Shown: in pieces, positions 19,483 to 28,272 of the stretch | Layout: each line of letters begins with the position of its first letter | Position numbering within the stretch: the first letter of the stretch is position 1 | DNA from: a bacterium | GTDB taxonomy: Bacteria; Patescibacteriota; Patescibacteriia; 2-01-FULL-39-33 | NCBI GenBank assembly: GCA_029558735.1 | Contig: JAKQDP010000047.1 | Span: forward strand, 209-64,208 | DNA: 64,000 bases | Reading direction: 5' to 3' | The notes under the pieces: model-generated | What the model saw: only the letters and a program-made list of their open reading frames with translations | Told to the model about the DNA's origin: nothing | The model's database searches: none | Program-made: the position numbers and the translations under genes

Positions 19483-20967
19483 ATGAAAAAAGAGCACCTG
19501 GATAAAAAAAGAGAGAGATTTTTTAATCTAGTCGGAGAAAATTATTACCCCGATGATTTAGAACTGGTTAAATTGGCTTATGATTTCGCGGCAACGGCCC
19601 ACCAGAGTCAAACCCGAATGTCCGGTGAACCCTACATCGTTCATCCTTTAGCCACCGCTCAAAAACTGGCAGAATTAAATCTGGATGTTCCCACTATTAT
19701 CGCCGGACTGCTTCATGACATACCGGAAGAAACTGAAATTACGGTGGAACAGATAGAAAAAGACTTCGGCAAAGAAATCGCTCACTTGGTTGATGGCATC
19801 ACTAAATTAGGAAAAATCAAATATCGCGGCATTGAACGCTACGCAGAAAATCTCAGAAAAATGTTTGTGGCAATGAGCGATGATATTAGAGTAATTTTCA
19901 TCAAATTTGCTGATCGAATTCATAACTTAAAAACCCTTGCTGCCCTGCCTCCGGTCAAACAGCAACGAATTGCAACCGAATCGCTGGAAATTTACGCGCC
20001 GATTGCTGACCGCCTCGGCATGGGCCAAATTAAGGGAGAAATGGAAGACTTGGCCTTTCCTTATGTTTATCCGCAGGCTTATAATTGGCTATTAAAAATA
20101 ATTCCCCGCGAATACCGCACCAGAGAAAAATATCTGGCACAAGTCAAAAAACTGCTTGAACAAGAATTAAAGAATAATCACATCACCTCGGAAACGGTCT
20201 CCATCCATGGCCGAACCAAACATTTATACAGCTTATACAAAAAACTGCTTCGACCGGATATTAATAAAGATATTTCCAAAATATATGACCTAGTCGCCCT
20301 CAGAATTGTTCTGCCGACCATTGGCGATTGCTACTCAACTTTGGGTATAATCCATAAACTTTACAAGCCCTTTCCGGGACGAATCAAAGATTATATTGCC
20401 CAGCCCAAACCCAACGGTTACCAGTCGCTCCACACTACTGTTTTTGCCGATAATGGGCAAATCATTGAATTCCAAATCAGAACCACCAAAATGCACGAGG
20501 AGGCCGAATTCGGCATTGCCGCCCACTGGCATTATAAGGAATACCAGGGCAATATTGACAAAAAAAATACCAACTGGATCAAAGAATTAGTTAAATGGCA
20601 GCAAGAAATCAGGGACAATGAACAATTTATCAGTAGCATCAAACTTGATGTTTTTCAAAACCGAATATTTGTTTTCACTCCCAAGGGCGACGTGATTGAT
20701 CTGCCGGAAAAATCAACACCTATTGATTTTGCTTATCATGTTCACTCTTGGGTCGGCGACAAATGTGTTGGCGCAAAAATTAATAACCAAATGGTCAATT
20801 TGGGAGCAGAATTAAAAAACGGTGATATTGTTGAAATTATCACCGATAAAAATAGGCCGGGACCAAGCGAAGACTGGTTAGAGTTAACCAAAACTTCGAT
20901 GGCCAAAACTAAAATTAAATCCGCTATCAATAAAAAGAAAAAAATAACAAACCTGCTGACACGCTAA
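19483..20967 (+). CDS. Short RelA/SpoT-family (p)ppGpp synthetase/hydrolase (HD + synthetase + TGS; no ACT domain)
   Basis: HD motif HDIPEET, synthetase motif YQSLHTTV…EFQIRT, a TGS-like C-terminus. It is only 494 aa long. Confidence 0.85.
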   Translation: MKKEHLDKKRERFFNLVGENYYPDDLELVKLAYDFAATAHQSQTRMSGEPYIVHPLATAQKLAELNLDVPTIIAGLLHDIPEETEITVEQIEKDFGKEIAHLVDGITKLGKIKYRGIERYAENLRKMFVAMSDDIRVIFIKFADRIHNLKTLAALPPVKQQRIATESLEIYAPIADRLGMGQIKGEMEDLAFPYVYPQAYNWLLKIIPREYRTREKYLAQVKKLLEQELKNNHITSETVSIHGRTKHLYSLYKKLLRPDINKDISKIYDLVALRIVLPTIGDCYSTLGIIHKLYKPFPGRIKDYIAQPKPNGYQSLHTTVFADNGQIIEFQIRTTKMHEEAEFGIAAHWHYKEYQGNIDKKNTNWIKELVKWQQEIRDNEQFISSIKLDVFQNRIFVFTPKGDVIDLPEKSTPIDFAYHVHSWVGDKCVGAKINNQMVNLGAELKNGDIVEIITDKNRPGPSEDWLELTKTSMAKTKIKSAINKKKKITNLLTR

Positions 20968-20980
20968 TCGGCTAGACGTC

Positions 20981-21865
20981 TTATTCAATCCGACTGATTA
21001 GTTTAAAAATTTTTTCCAACTCTTCCTCGGAAAAAAACCTAATCACAATTTGCCCGGAAGAGCCGAATTTTTTTATTTCCACTTTAGTGCCCAGTGCCTG
21101 TTCCAATTTATCTTGCTTATCCTTCAAATCCGGGTCAAAAGAAATCTTCCGAAGATGTTTTTTGACGACAATCTCCTTGCCGGCCTGTTCTGTTTCCCGG
21201 ACATTAAGGTCTTCTAATAATATCTGCTTAAGCACTGACGCCTGATCTTGAGCTGGCAAGCCAGCCAATACCCGAGCGTGACCCTCTGACACCTTGCCTT
21301 GCTTAACTGCCTCCTGAACCGCCGAAATGGTGTTCAAAATTCTCAAGGTGTTGGCAATCGCTGATTGGCTTTTACCGACTTTTTGCGACAATTCCCGCTG
21401 ATCCAAATTAAACTCAGTCATTAATTTTTGATAAGCAATCGCTGTTTCAATCGCATTAAGATCCCGGCGTTGAATATTTTCTATCAACGCCAATTCCAAC
21501 TTTTTTTGCTCATTAAAGTCTCTGACAATTGCCGGTACGGTTTCCATTTTCAGCATTTTCGCCGCCCGCCAACGCCGTTCCCCGGCGATTAACTGATAAT
21601 GGTTGGGTTTAACTTTGGTGACGATTAGCGGCTGAATAATACCATGCTCCTTAATCGACTCTGCTAAGTCATTCAAAGCAACCTCATCAAAATCAATCCT
21701 TGGCTGATGGGGGTTGGGTGAAAGCTGCTCTACTGGCAACTCCAAAATTTCTTCCCGTTTACCGGAAAAAACCTCCCGAACCAATTCTGCCTCAAATTCA
21801 TCCTTAATTTTTTTATTGGGAATCAACGAACTTAAGCCGCGACCCAAGCCACTGGTTTTATTCAT
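20981..21865 (-). CDS. parB: Chromosome-partitioning protein ParB
   Basis: ParB box IQPLIVTKVKPNHYQLIAGERRWRAAKM. Confidence 0.9.
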   Translation of the reverse strand: MNKTSGLGRGLSSLIPNKKIKDEFEAELVREVFSGKREEILELPVEQLSPNPHQPRIDFDEVALNDLAESIKEHGIIQPLIVTKVKPNHYQLIAGERRWRAAKMLKMETVPAIVRDFNEQKKLELALIENIQRRDLNAIETAIAYQKLMTEFNLDQRELSQKVGKSQSAIANTLRILNTISAVQEAVKQGKVSEGHARVLAGLPAQDQASVLKQILLEDLNVRETEQAGKEIVVKKHLRKISFDPDLKDKQDKLEQALGTKVEIKKFGSSGQIVIRFFSEEELEKIFKLISRIE

Positions 21866-21870
21866 AAAAA

Positions 21871-22638
21871 TTAATAAGAATTAGTGTAATATAAAAATTC
21901 CCGAGCCAATCGCTCATAAGCCTTGGCGCCTTTAGATTTTGGGTCATAACTCAAAATCGTCTGACCATAACTTGGCGCTTCCGATAATCGAACGTTCCTA
22001 GGAATAACTGAGCGAAATATTTTATTGGGAAAATGATGATAAAGCTCATGTAAAACATCATTGGCTAATTTGTATCTCTTCTCATACATAGTTAAAACCG
22101 CTCCCAAAATATCCAATTCAGGCTTGATATTTTCCCTAATTAAATTAATAGTGGACATCAATTGCCCCAACCCCTCCAATGAATAATACTCCGCTTGGAC
22201 GGGAATTAATACTTGATCAGACGCCACTAAGCCATTGATAGTCAATAAACCCAAAGACGGCGGACAATCAATAATGATATAATCAAAGTCATTTCTAATG
22301 CTTAATAAATTATCATAAAGCCTGAATTCCCGCCGGTCTAAATTAACTAACTCCACATTCGCTCCCGCCAACGACATGGTCGAAGGAGCCAATTTGTAAT
22401 AATTGTGTTGAGTATCAACCAAAATATCCTTAAAATCATATGGTCCGGCTAACACCTCGTACACTCCCCGATCCAGTTCCTTGGAAACACCCAAGCCTGA
22501 GGTGGCATTGCTTTGCGGATCCAGATCCACCAAAAGCACAAACTTGCCCAGCTGACTGAGATAGGCAGATAAGTTGATTGAGGTAGTGGTTTTGCCCACT
22601 CCCCCTTTTTGATTAACAACCGAAATTATTTGTCCCAT
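21871..22638 (-). CDS. parA: Chromosome-partitioning ATPase ParA/Soj
   Basis: Deviant Walker A NQKGGVGKTTTSINLS. Confidence 0.92.
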   Translation of the reverse strand: MGQIISVVNQKGGVGKTTTSINLSAYLSQLGKFVLLVDLDPQSNATSGLGVSKELDRGVYEVLAGPYDFKDILVDTQHNYYKLAPSTMSLAGANVELVNLDRREFRLYDNLLSIRNDFDYIIIDCPPSLGLLTINGLVASDQVLIPVQAEYYSLEGLGQLMSTINLIRENIKPELDILGAVLTMYEKRYKLANDVLHELYHHFPNKIFRSVIPRNVRLSEAPSYGQTILSYDPKSKGAKAYERLAREFLYYTNSY

Positions 22639-22652
22639 ATTTTTACTTTTAT

Positions 22653-22680
22653 ATTATAACATAAAAAAAATAATTAATAA
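22653..22680 (-). promoter_or_regulatory. Putative extended -10 promoter (TGnTATAAT on the minus strand) for parAB
   Basis: Minus-strand TGTTATAAT immediately upstream of the parA start, with a weak -35. Confidence 0.4.
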
Positions 22681-22708
22681 AAATATTCCTCCTACCATCT
22701 CCACCGGC

Positions 22709-22737
22709 TTGCCAAAAATAAAAATATTTGCTAAAAT
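22709..22737 (+). promoter_or_regulatory. Sigma70-like promoter (TTGCCA-17-TAAAAT) for the tRNA cluster
   Basis: TTGCCA at 22709-22714, a 17-nt spacer, TAAAAT at 22732-22737. The tRNA cluster starts about 12 nt downstream. Confidence 0.6.
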
Positions 22738-22749
22738 AATAAACAATGA

Positions 22750-22822
22750 CGCGGGGTAGAGCAGTTGGCAGCTCGGCGGGCCCATAACCCGCAGGTCGCC
22801 GGTTCGAGTCCGGCCCCCGCAA
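22750..22822 (+). tRNA. Initiator tRNA-fMet (anticodon CAT)
   Basis: Cloverleaf with a C1xA72 mismatch and three consecutive G:C pairs closing the anticodon stem (GGG/CCC). T-loop TTCGAGT. No encoded CCA. Confidence 0.85.
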
Positions 22823-22832
22823 CAAAATAGGA

Positions 22833-22904
22833 GCCAGGGTAGCTCAGTGGTAGAGCAGTGGACTCATAAGCCATTGGTCGTGGGTTCAATTCCCACCCCT
22901 GGTA
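22833..22904 (+). tRNA. tRNA with anticodon CAT (elongator Met, or Ile2 if lysidinylated)
   Basis: Acceptor GCCAGGG/CCCTGGT, D-arm GCTCAGTGGTAGAGC, anticodon loop CTCATAA, T-arm GTGGGTTCAATTCCCAC. Confidence 0.8.
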
Positions 22905-22913
22905 CATCCAGAT

Positions 22914-22999
22914 GCCGAAGTGGCGGAATTGGTAGACGCGCACGACTCAAAATCGTGTGGACTCTGTCCATGAGGGTTCGATTCCCTCCTTCGGCACCA
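22914..22999 (+). tRNA. tRNA-Leu (CAA), class II with a long variable arm; CCA encoded
   Basis: Acceptor GCCGAAG/CTTCGGC, anticodon loop CTCAAAA, long variable arm, T-arm GAGGGTTCGATTCCCTC, 3' ACCA. Confidence 0.85.
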
Positions 23000-23006
23000 A
23001 AAAGCC

Positions 23007-23030
23007 AAAACGAGTAAATCTCGTTTTTAT
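23007..23030 (+). terminator. Rho-independent terminator after the tRNA cluster
   Basis: AAAACGAG-TAAAT-CTCGTTTT hairpin with a T-run. Confidence 0.75.
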
Positions 23031-23059
23031 TTTGACTCACATTTCTAAAAGCGACCCAA

Positions 23060-23149
23060 GGAATCGAACGGGCAGAAGCGATCCCGAGTTCTCTGGAGAG
23101 CGTCGACAGATGCAAGCTGGCGCAGCATCCGGCGCTGCCCCGGACAACG
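23060..23149 (+). repeat. Conserved tRNA-adjacent structured element, copy A (paralogue of 41381..41477)
   Basis: Shares GGA..CGA.ACGGGCAGAAGCGA, then hairpin, AGCGTCG, hairpin, CGCTGCCC(C)GG.A.C.ACG with copy B. The hairpins differ in sequence but keep their pairing. Confidence 0.6.
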
Positions 23150-23185
23150 AGACTATTTTGTCTTTAGACAAAATAGCGAGGCGTA

Positions 23186-23262
23186 ATTCCCTCCTTCGGC
23201 ACCAAACTACAATTTTCTGAAAATCCCCCAACGAGTTGACCTCGTTTTTATTGTCCATCCTT
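23186..23262 (+). repeat. Diverged direct duplicate of the tRNA-Leu 3' end (ATTCCCTCCTTCGGCACCAAA, 21/21 identical to 22981-23001) plus a terminator-like hairpin
   Basis: Exact 21-nt repeat. The following hairpin, AACGAGTTGACCTCGTTTTT, resembles the hairpin after the intact tRNA. The T-arm is degenerate (GAGG-CGTAATT-CCTC). Confidence 0.7.
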
Positions 23263-23323
23263 GTTGATTTAAATTGATTTAATTGTTAAAATATTAATAA
23301 TACCTAATTAAATAACTACTCCT

Positions 23324-23812
23324 ATGTTTGTTACCGTTCATGCCGCTGCCGCAACTATTATCGGCAAAAAAATTAGTAATTCAGCCTTGGCATTTGTCTT
23401 AAGTCTTATTTCCCATTTTATTTTGGACCTTATTCCTCATGGTGATGAAAGCTTAGGTAAAAAATTTTTAGGCATTAAAATTAAAAACAAGGAAGATTTT
23501 AGAATCCTGGCTCTATATGGCAGTATTGATACCTGTCTGTTAGCCATTTTTCTAATATTCTTGTTTAAAAACTTCAGTTTCGCCACCAATGATCACGTCG
23601 TTTGGGCGATTATCGGCGGCATCCTGCCCGATGTTTTAGTCGCTTTTTATAAAATCACCAACCTAAAATTATTAAAACCAATTGCTGATATTCACGGTCG
23701 GAATCACAGCTGGTTAATTCGTAAATTTAAGACTGATATTCCTCTAAACTATGGAGTGATACTTCAAATAATTCTTATGAGCTTGATCGTGTGGCTAATT
23801 TATATCGTATAA
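23324..23812 (+). CDS. Hypothetical membrane protein
   Basis: ORF track; several predicted TM helices. Confidence 0.55.
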   Translation: MFVTVHAAAATIIGKKISNSALAFVLSLISHFILDLIPHGDESLGKKFLGIKIKNKEDFRILALYGSIDTCLLAIFLIFLFKNFSFATNDHVVWAIIGGILPDVLVAFYKITNLKLLKPIADIHGRNHSWLIRKFKTDIPLNYGVILQIILMSLIVWLIYIV

Positions 23813-23859
23813 AAAATCTCCGCCCGACAATCGATTAACTACTGGGCGGAGATTTTTTA
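23811..23859. terminator. Bidirectional terminator
   Basis: ATCTCCGCCC … GGGCGGAGAT stem flanked by an A-run and a T-run, between convergent genes. Confidence 0.75.
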
Positions 23860-23862
23860 TTA

Positions 23863-25149
23863 TTATTTTTTTAATGATTGATAAACCTCCAGAGTTTTCT
23901 GGGCACAATTATTCCAATTAAACTCCTGGGCTCGTTCATGACCACTGATTGACAATGACTCGCGTAAACCCTCGTCAGTTAAAATGTGTTGCATTGCATC
24001 GATTAATTCCGCTTCTTTGGTGGGATCAATCAAGAGACCAGATTTAGACCCGACAATCTCCGGCAACGACGATAAATTTGAGGTAATAACTGGAGTGCCG
24101 ATACTCATCGCTTCCAATACTGGCAAGCCAAAACCTTCGTATAAAGTGGGAAAAACAAAGCAAACTGCTCGGCACAATAAAGCCAACTTATCAGCATGAG
24201 GAACATAGCCAATATACTTAATCGGATCTTGCTTCCGACGATCATCGAGTGAGCGCCGTTCACCCATTTTCTTCTTTTGTGAATCAGTCCTGACATCAAA
24301 ACCCCGCCGCCGTTCCAAACCGCTGCGCCGCCTCTTGATTCCCAGAATACTGGCGTTGGCATCGGCGATTGCCTCGTAAACCGGCTGATCCTTCCAGCCC
24401 TTGGCGCCAGCAATAATTAATTGATAATCTTCGGCTGGAGAATCATAAATCAATTTTAAATTCCGAAACGCCTTAATTAAAGAAATAATGTTTTTCCGAG
24501 GCTCAATGGTGCCCAAAAACAAAAAATAATTATCTGAAATTCCATACCGCTTTTTAACTCCGGCAAAATCAGCCTGATTAGGACAGCTCTTGCCATGGCT
24601 GATAACCCCCTCATAAACGACGGAAATTTTATCTTCTGGCACGCTGAATTCTTCAATAATATCAGTCTTGGTATTTTTGGAAACGGCAATAATCCGATCA
24701 GCTTTTTGGAGCGACCGCGGCACCAAAACCCGAGTAGAGAATATTTGTCGATTAAGAAATTTTCCCGGAAAAAATTCAGGATATTTATAGATTGCTAAAT
24801 CATGAACGGTAACCACAGATTTACCATCATAAGGTAAGGGCAAGGTATTGGCCGGCGAATGAAAAACATCCAACTTCTCCCGACTCAATAAGGCGCTCAC
24901 CAACATCTGAGAATAAGTAACCGGCAAATATTTTTTATACTGATAAAAAGGAAAGGTTCTGATAATGACATTGTTATAAGCGGAAAATTCTTTCTTATTT
25001 TTAAAGCGATCATCAAAAAACAGCACATAAATATTATCCTGATTAAGTGCTAATAGGCTTTTGACCAAATAATAAGTATAATGACCCACACCAGCCTGTT
25101 CGCCGGCCCCGGGATTTAAAATTGTTCGACAATCAATACCAATTTTCAT
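23863..25149 (-). CDS. Glycosyltransferase family 4 (GT-B), carrying an Arg/Lys-rich insertion of about 45 aa
   Basis: GT4 C-terminal motif EGFGLPVLEAMSIGTPVITSN. The insertion reads RRRSGLERRRGFDVRTDSQKKKMGERRSLDDRRKQD. Confidence 0.8.
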   Translation of the reverse strand: MKIGIDCRTILNPGAGEQAGVGHYTYYLVKSLLALNQDNIYVLFFDDRFKNKKEFSAYNNVIIRTFPFYQYKKYLPVTYSQMLVSALLSREKLDVFHSPANTLPLPYDGKSVVTVHDLAIYKYPEFFPGKFLNRQIFSTRVLVPRSLQKADRIIAVSKNTKTDIIEEFSVPEDKISVVYEGVISHGKSCPNQADFAGVKKRYGISDNYFLFLGTIEPRKNIISLIKAFRNLKLIYDSPAEDYQLIIAGAKGWKDQPVYEAIADANASILGIKRRRSGLERRRGFDVRTDSQKKKMGERRSLDDRRKQDPIKYIGYVPHADKLALLCRAVCFVFPTLYEGFGLPVLEAMSIGTPVITSNLSSLPEIVGSKSGLLIDPTKEAELIDAMQHILTDEGLRESLSISGHERAQEFNWNNCAQKTLEVYQSLKK

Positions 25150-25292
25150 ATTTGAGGGAAGATTTATAATTATTGATATTGTATCTCAACCAAGGTAAAT
25201 AATCAAATCAGTCGAATTGTTCCGCGATCCCGCTGCTCCCGCGGCTAAAAATTGCTAAAATTAGAAAATTAATATAAAATTACTCCAGATTA

Positions 25293-26420
25293 TTGCTGAC
25301 TTGTTTAACTATTACTAAACCCATGAGCGGTAAAACTAAAATTGCTATCTTCCATAATTCTTTTGACAATCTTGGCGGCGCAGAATTGGTCAATTTAACC
25401 CTGGCTGAAAAACTGGGGGCTGATATTTATACCACCAACATTAATAAAGACAAAATTGCTAAAGCGGGCTTCTGCACTGAAAATATTTTTAGTATCGGCC
25501 GAGTGCCTATTAATAGCCCATGGAAACAAGAAATGATCCACTGGCGTTTTGGGCGACTAAATCTGAAAACCAAATACGCTTTATACCTGATCGCCGGCGA
25601 TTGGGCCTTATCAGCGGCAATCAATAATAAGCCAAATTTGTGGTACGCCTACTCACCCGCCCGAGAAATCTGGGACCTGGCCGACTACACCAAGCACCAT
25701 CTTCGAAAATTGGGCCAGAAGACGATTTTTGATTGGTGGATTGGTTTAAGGCGACATTCCGATTTGCAAAATATTAAACAAATCCAAAAAATTATCGCCG
25801 TTTCAGAAAACGTTCGCCAACGAATAAAAAATTATTTCCAACGCGATTCATTGGTAATAAATCCGCCGGTCGACATTAAAAAATTTTTTTATCGGAAAAA
25901 TGGCCCTTTCTGGCTTAGTGTTAACCGTTTGGTCGCCCAGAAAAGAATCGATCTTCAACTCAAAGCCTTCCGTCAGATGCCCCAGGAGAAATTAATTATA
26001 GTCGGTAATCAGGAAAATAGTAAACTATTTAAACAAAATTTCCAACGGCTTATGAAAATAAAACCTGCTAATGTGGAAATTTTAAGCTGGGTGAGCAACC
26101 AAAAATTAGCCGCACTCTACGCTGATTGTCGAGGTTTTATCACGACCGCAAAAAATGAAGATTTCGGGCTAGCGGCCGTTGAGGCAATGGCCTCGGGTAA
26201 GCCGGTTATTGCCCCCAATGAGGGCGGTTTCCAAGAGACAATTATTGATGGCCAGACCGGAAAATTAATTGACGCCCTTGATGATGCTAACCTAATAAAA
26301 GGCATCCGCCTTATTGGTCGCAATCCGGCCGATTATAAAACCGCCTGTCTGTCTCAGGCGGCTAAATTCAATTTGGAAAATTTTATTAATAAAATAAAAA
26401 ATGCCCTCTCCTGCTACTAA
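25293..26420 (+). CDS. Glycosyltransferase family 4
   Basis: EDFGLAAVEAMASGKPVIAPNEGGFQETI. The true start is probably the internal Met at about 25323. Confidence 0.8.
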   Translation: MLTCLTITKPMSGKTKIAIFHNSFDNLGGAELVNLTLAEKLGADIYTTNINKDKIAKAGFCTENIFSIGRVPINSPWKQEMIHWRFGRLNLKTKYALYLIAGDWALSAAINNKPNLWYAYSPAREIWDLADYTKHHLRKLGQKTIFDWWIGLRRHSDLQNIKQIQKIIAVSENVRQRIKNYFQRDSLVINPPVDIKKFFYRKNGPFWLSVNRLVAQKRIDLQLKAFRQMPQEKLIIVGNQENSKLFKQNFQRLMKIKPANVEILSWVSNQKLAALYADCRGFITTAKNEDFGLAAVEAMASGKPVIAPNEGGFQETIIDGQTGKLIDALDDANLIKGIRLIGRNPADYKTACLSQAAKFNLENFINKIKNALSCY

Positions 26421-27267
26421 CGCCGCTCCGTTAGTTTCAATTATCATCAGAACTTACAATGAAGAGCGGCGACTGGCCCAATGTTTGGAGTCAATTTTTA
26501 ATCAATCGGTTAATTTTAATTTCGAAATCATTATCATTGATTCCGGAAGCAGCGACAACACTCTAAAAATTGCCGCTCGCTTTAAAACCAAAATAATAAC
26601 CATAAGCAAAGAAAGCTTTACTTATGGTCGATCTCTCAACCTTGGCTTTAATGAGGCGGGCGGTGAATTTTTGGTCTCTTTGTCAGCCCACGCTATCCCC
26701 CAACATAATTGGCTAAATCATTTAATCGCCGGTTTTGCCGATCCGTTTTTTGCTGGAGTTTACAGTCAACAAATTGCTACCGATAGCGATTGTCCTTTAA
26801 TCACCAGAATGTTAACCGCCCACCACCAAAAAATATGCCGCTCAAGCAAACCGCAGCTATATTTTTCCAATGCCGGCTCAATGATTAAAAAAAGCGTCTG
26901 GAAAAAATTTCCCTTTATTGAAAATCTGGCCGCCTCGGAAGATTATGATTGGGCAATAAGAGTCAGCCGAGCCGGTTATAAAATCGGCTATCAACCCCAG
27001 GCGATTATTAATCATTGGCACAAACCGCAGTTTAAATCAATTTACCAAAGAAATTTGCGGGAATTCGCTTCATTACTGGCTATCAACCGCAAACGATTAA
27101 TGCCTAATTTATTAATTTTGCCTGGTTATAATCTTATTCAGGATTTTATTTATATTATCGCCAATCGCCTTAGACCCGGTTGGTTGTTAAAATCAATTTC
27201 CGCCAACAGCGCTTTAATGGCGGCAGCGACTATGGCAATTATAAAACAAAATGTTTACAAATATTAA
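26401..27267 (+). CDS. Glycosyltransferase family 2
   Basis: VSIIIRTYNEE…EIIIIDSGSSDNT (GT-A fold, DxD). Confidence 0.8.
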   Translation: MPSPATNAAPLVSIIIRTYNEERRLAQCLESIFNQSVNFNFEIIIIDSGSSDNTLKIAARFKTKIITISKESFTYGRSLNLGFNEAGGEFLVSLSAHAIPQHNWLNHLIAGFADPFFAGVYSQQIATDSDCPLITRMLTAHHQKICRSSKPQLYFSNAGSMIKKSVWKKFPFIENLAASEDYDWAIRVSRAGYKIGYQPQAIINHWHKPQFKSIYQRNLREFASLLAINRKRLMPNLLILPGYNLIQDFIYIIANRLRPGWLLKSISANSALMAAATMAIIKQNVYKY

Positions 27268-28249
27268 AAAAAAAATAGAAAGCAAAAGAGAAGCCAGCTC
27301 CCTTTTTTGGTTGATACTGGTTCGACTAAAAGACGGCCTGTGGCGATTAAGTCAAGTGACTGAAAAATTTTTTAGAAAAATTGAAGCTTGCCCCTTAATT
27401 AAATTCCCTCGCTCTTCCGGCGAATTTAGCGCCGACCCGGGGGGCCGAGCGGAAATACATTCTTTGGTTTGCCATAAACATTTGGGTTTATATTTGCTCG
27501 CCGTCAAATCCTTCTTAAGATTCTATCAGCGAGTAGCGGTTGTCGCCCACGATGATGGCAGTCTGACAAACTTTGATAAAAAAATATTGACTAAGCAAAT
27601 AAAAAATGTCACCATTATCGATCTCTGCCAAGCTGACCAAATTATTATCCCTCAAATCGCCGAATTTAAAAAAATATCCAATTACCGACAGCACCACCTG
27701 ATCGCCAAGCAACTACTAGACTACCTTATGCTAGCCAAAACCGATAAAATAATATCATTGGATTCCGACACTTTATTTCTGAAACGACCCCAGCAAATAA
27801 TCGACTGGATAGAAAATAATAGTCGCGAAATCCTTTACTCTTATGAGGCGTCCCCCCGGGGACAAGAAGCATTTCTATCAACATTAAACTGCGACCTGCC
27901 ACCTAATTTTTGTGCCGGTTTTTTCTGTTTAAATCGACAAATTTTAAATTTAGAATTAATAGAACTATTGCTAAGTCGTGCCGAACCATTTGATTGGTGG
28001 ACAACGCAAAATATTTACCCGGCCCTAATCAGTCGGGCCGGTTGGGCCAATTCAACCCGGCCACTGGACCCCAATCAATATCAAAGTTGGTGCAACTTTG
28101 ATAATCCCGAACCAATTTTTCGCCACTATTGGACCAGTAATGGACTAACCTCGGAATATCTGAGAGATCTTCATCAAATCAACCGAGAATTAAAATCTTT
28201 CCAAAAAAATCCTCCGCTCCAAGCACAAATAAAAAATATCCAACATTAA
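27251..28249 (+). CDS. Hypothetical protein, possibly a GT-A-like nucleotide-sugar transferase
   Basis: ORF track; DSD motif (ISLDSDTLF). The assignment is weak. Confidence 0.45.
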   Translation: MFTNIKKKIESKREASSLFWLILVRLKDGLWRLSQVTEKFFRKIEACPLIKFPRSSGEFSADPGGRAEIHSLVCHKHLGLYLLAVKSFLRFYQRVAVVAHDDGSLTNFDKKILTKQIKNVTIIDLCQADQIIIPQIAEFKKISNYRQHHLIAKQLLDYLMLAKTDKIISLDSDTLFLKRPQQIIDWIENNSREILYSYEASPRGQEAFLSTLNCDLPPNFCAGFFCLNRQILNLELIELLLSRAEPFDWWTTQNIYPALISRAGWANSTRPLDPNQYQSWCNFDNPEPIFRHYWTSNGLTSEYLRDLHQINRELKSFQKNPPLQAQIKNIQH

Positions 28250-28272
28250 AATCAAGACTCCCTTAAAACCTG

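Noticed and set aside
23036-23190. A small intron or a split tRNA explaining the duplicated tRNA-Leu 3' end
   Set aside because: The insert is too short for a group I or group II intron. The upstream tRNA-Leu is already complete with its own CCA, so a duplication or integration scar is the simpler explanation.
22731-23258. ORF-track ORFs overlapping the tRNA cluster (22731..22943, 22864..23115, 22957..23220, 23037..23258)
   Set aside because: They overlap three well-formed tRNA genes and a GC-rich repeat. These are typical spurious ORFs through structured RNA regions.
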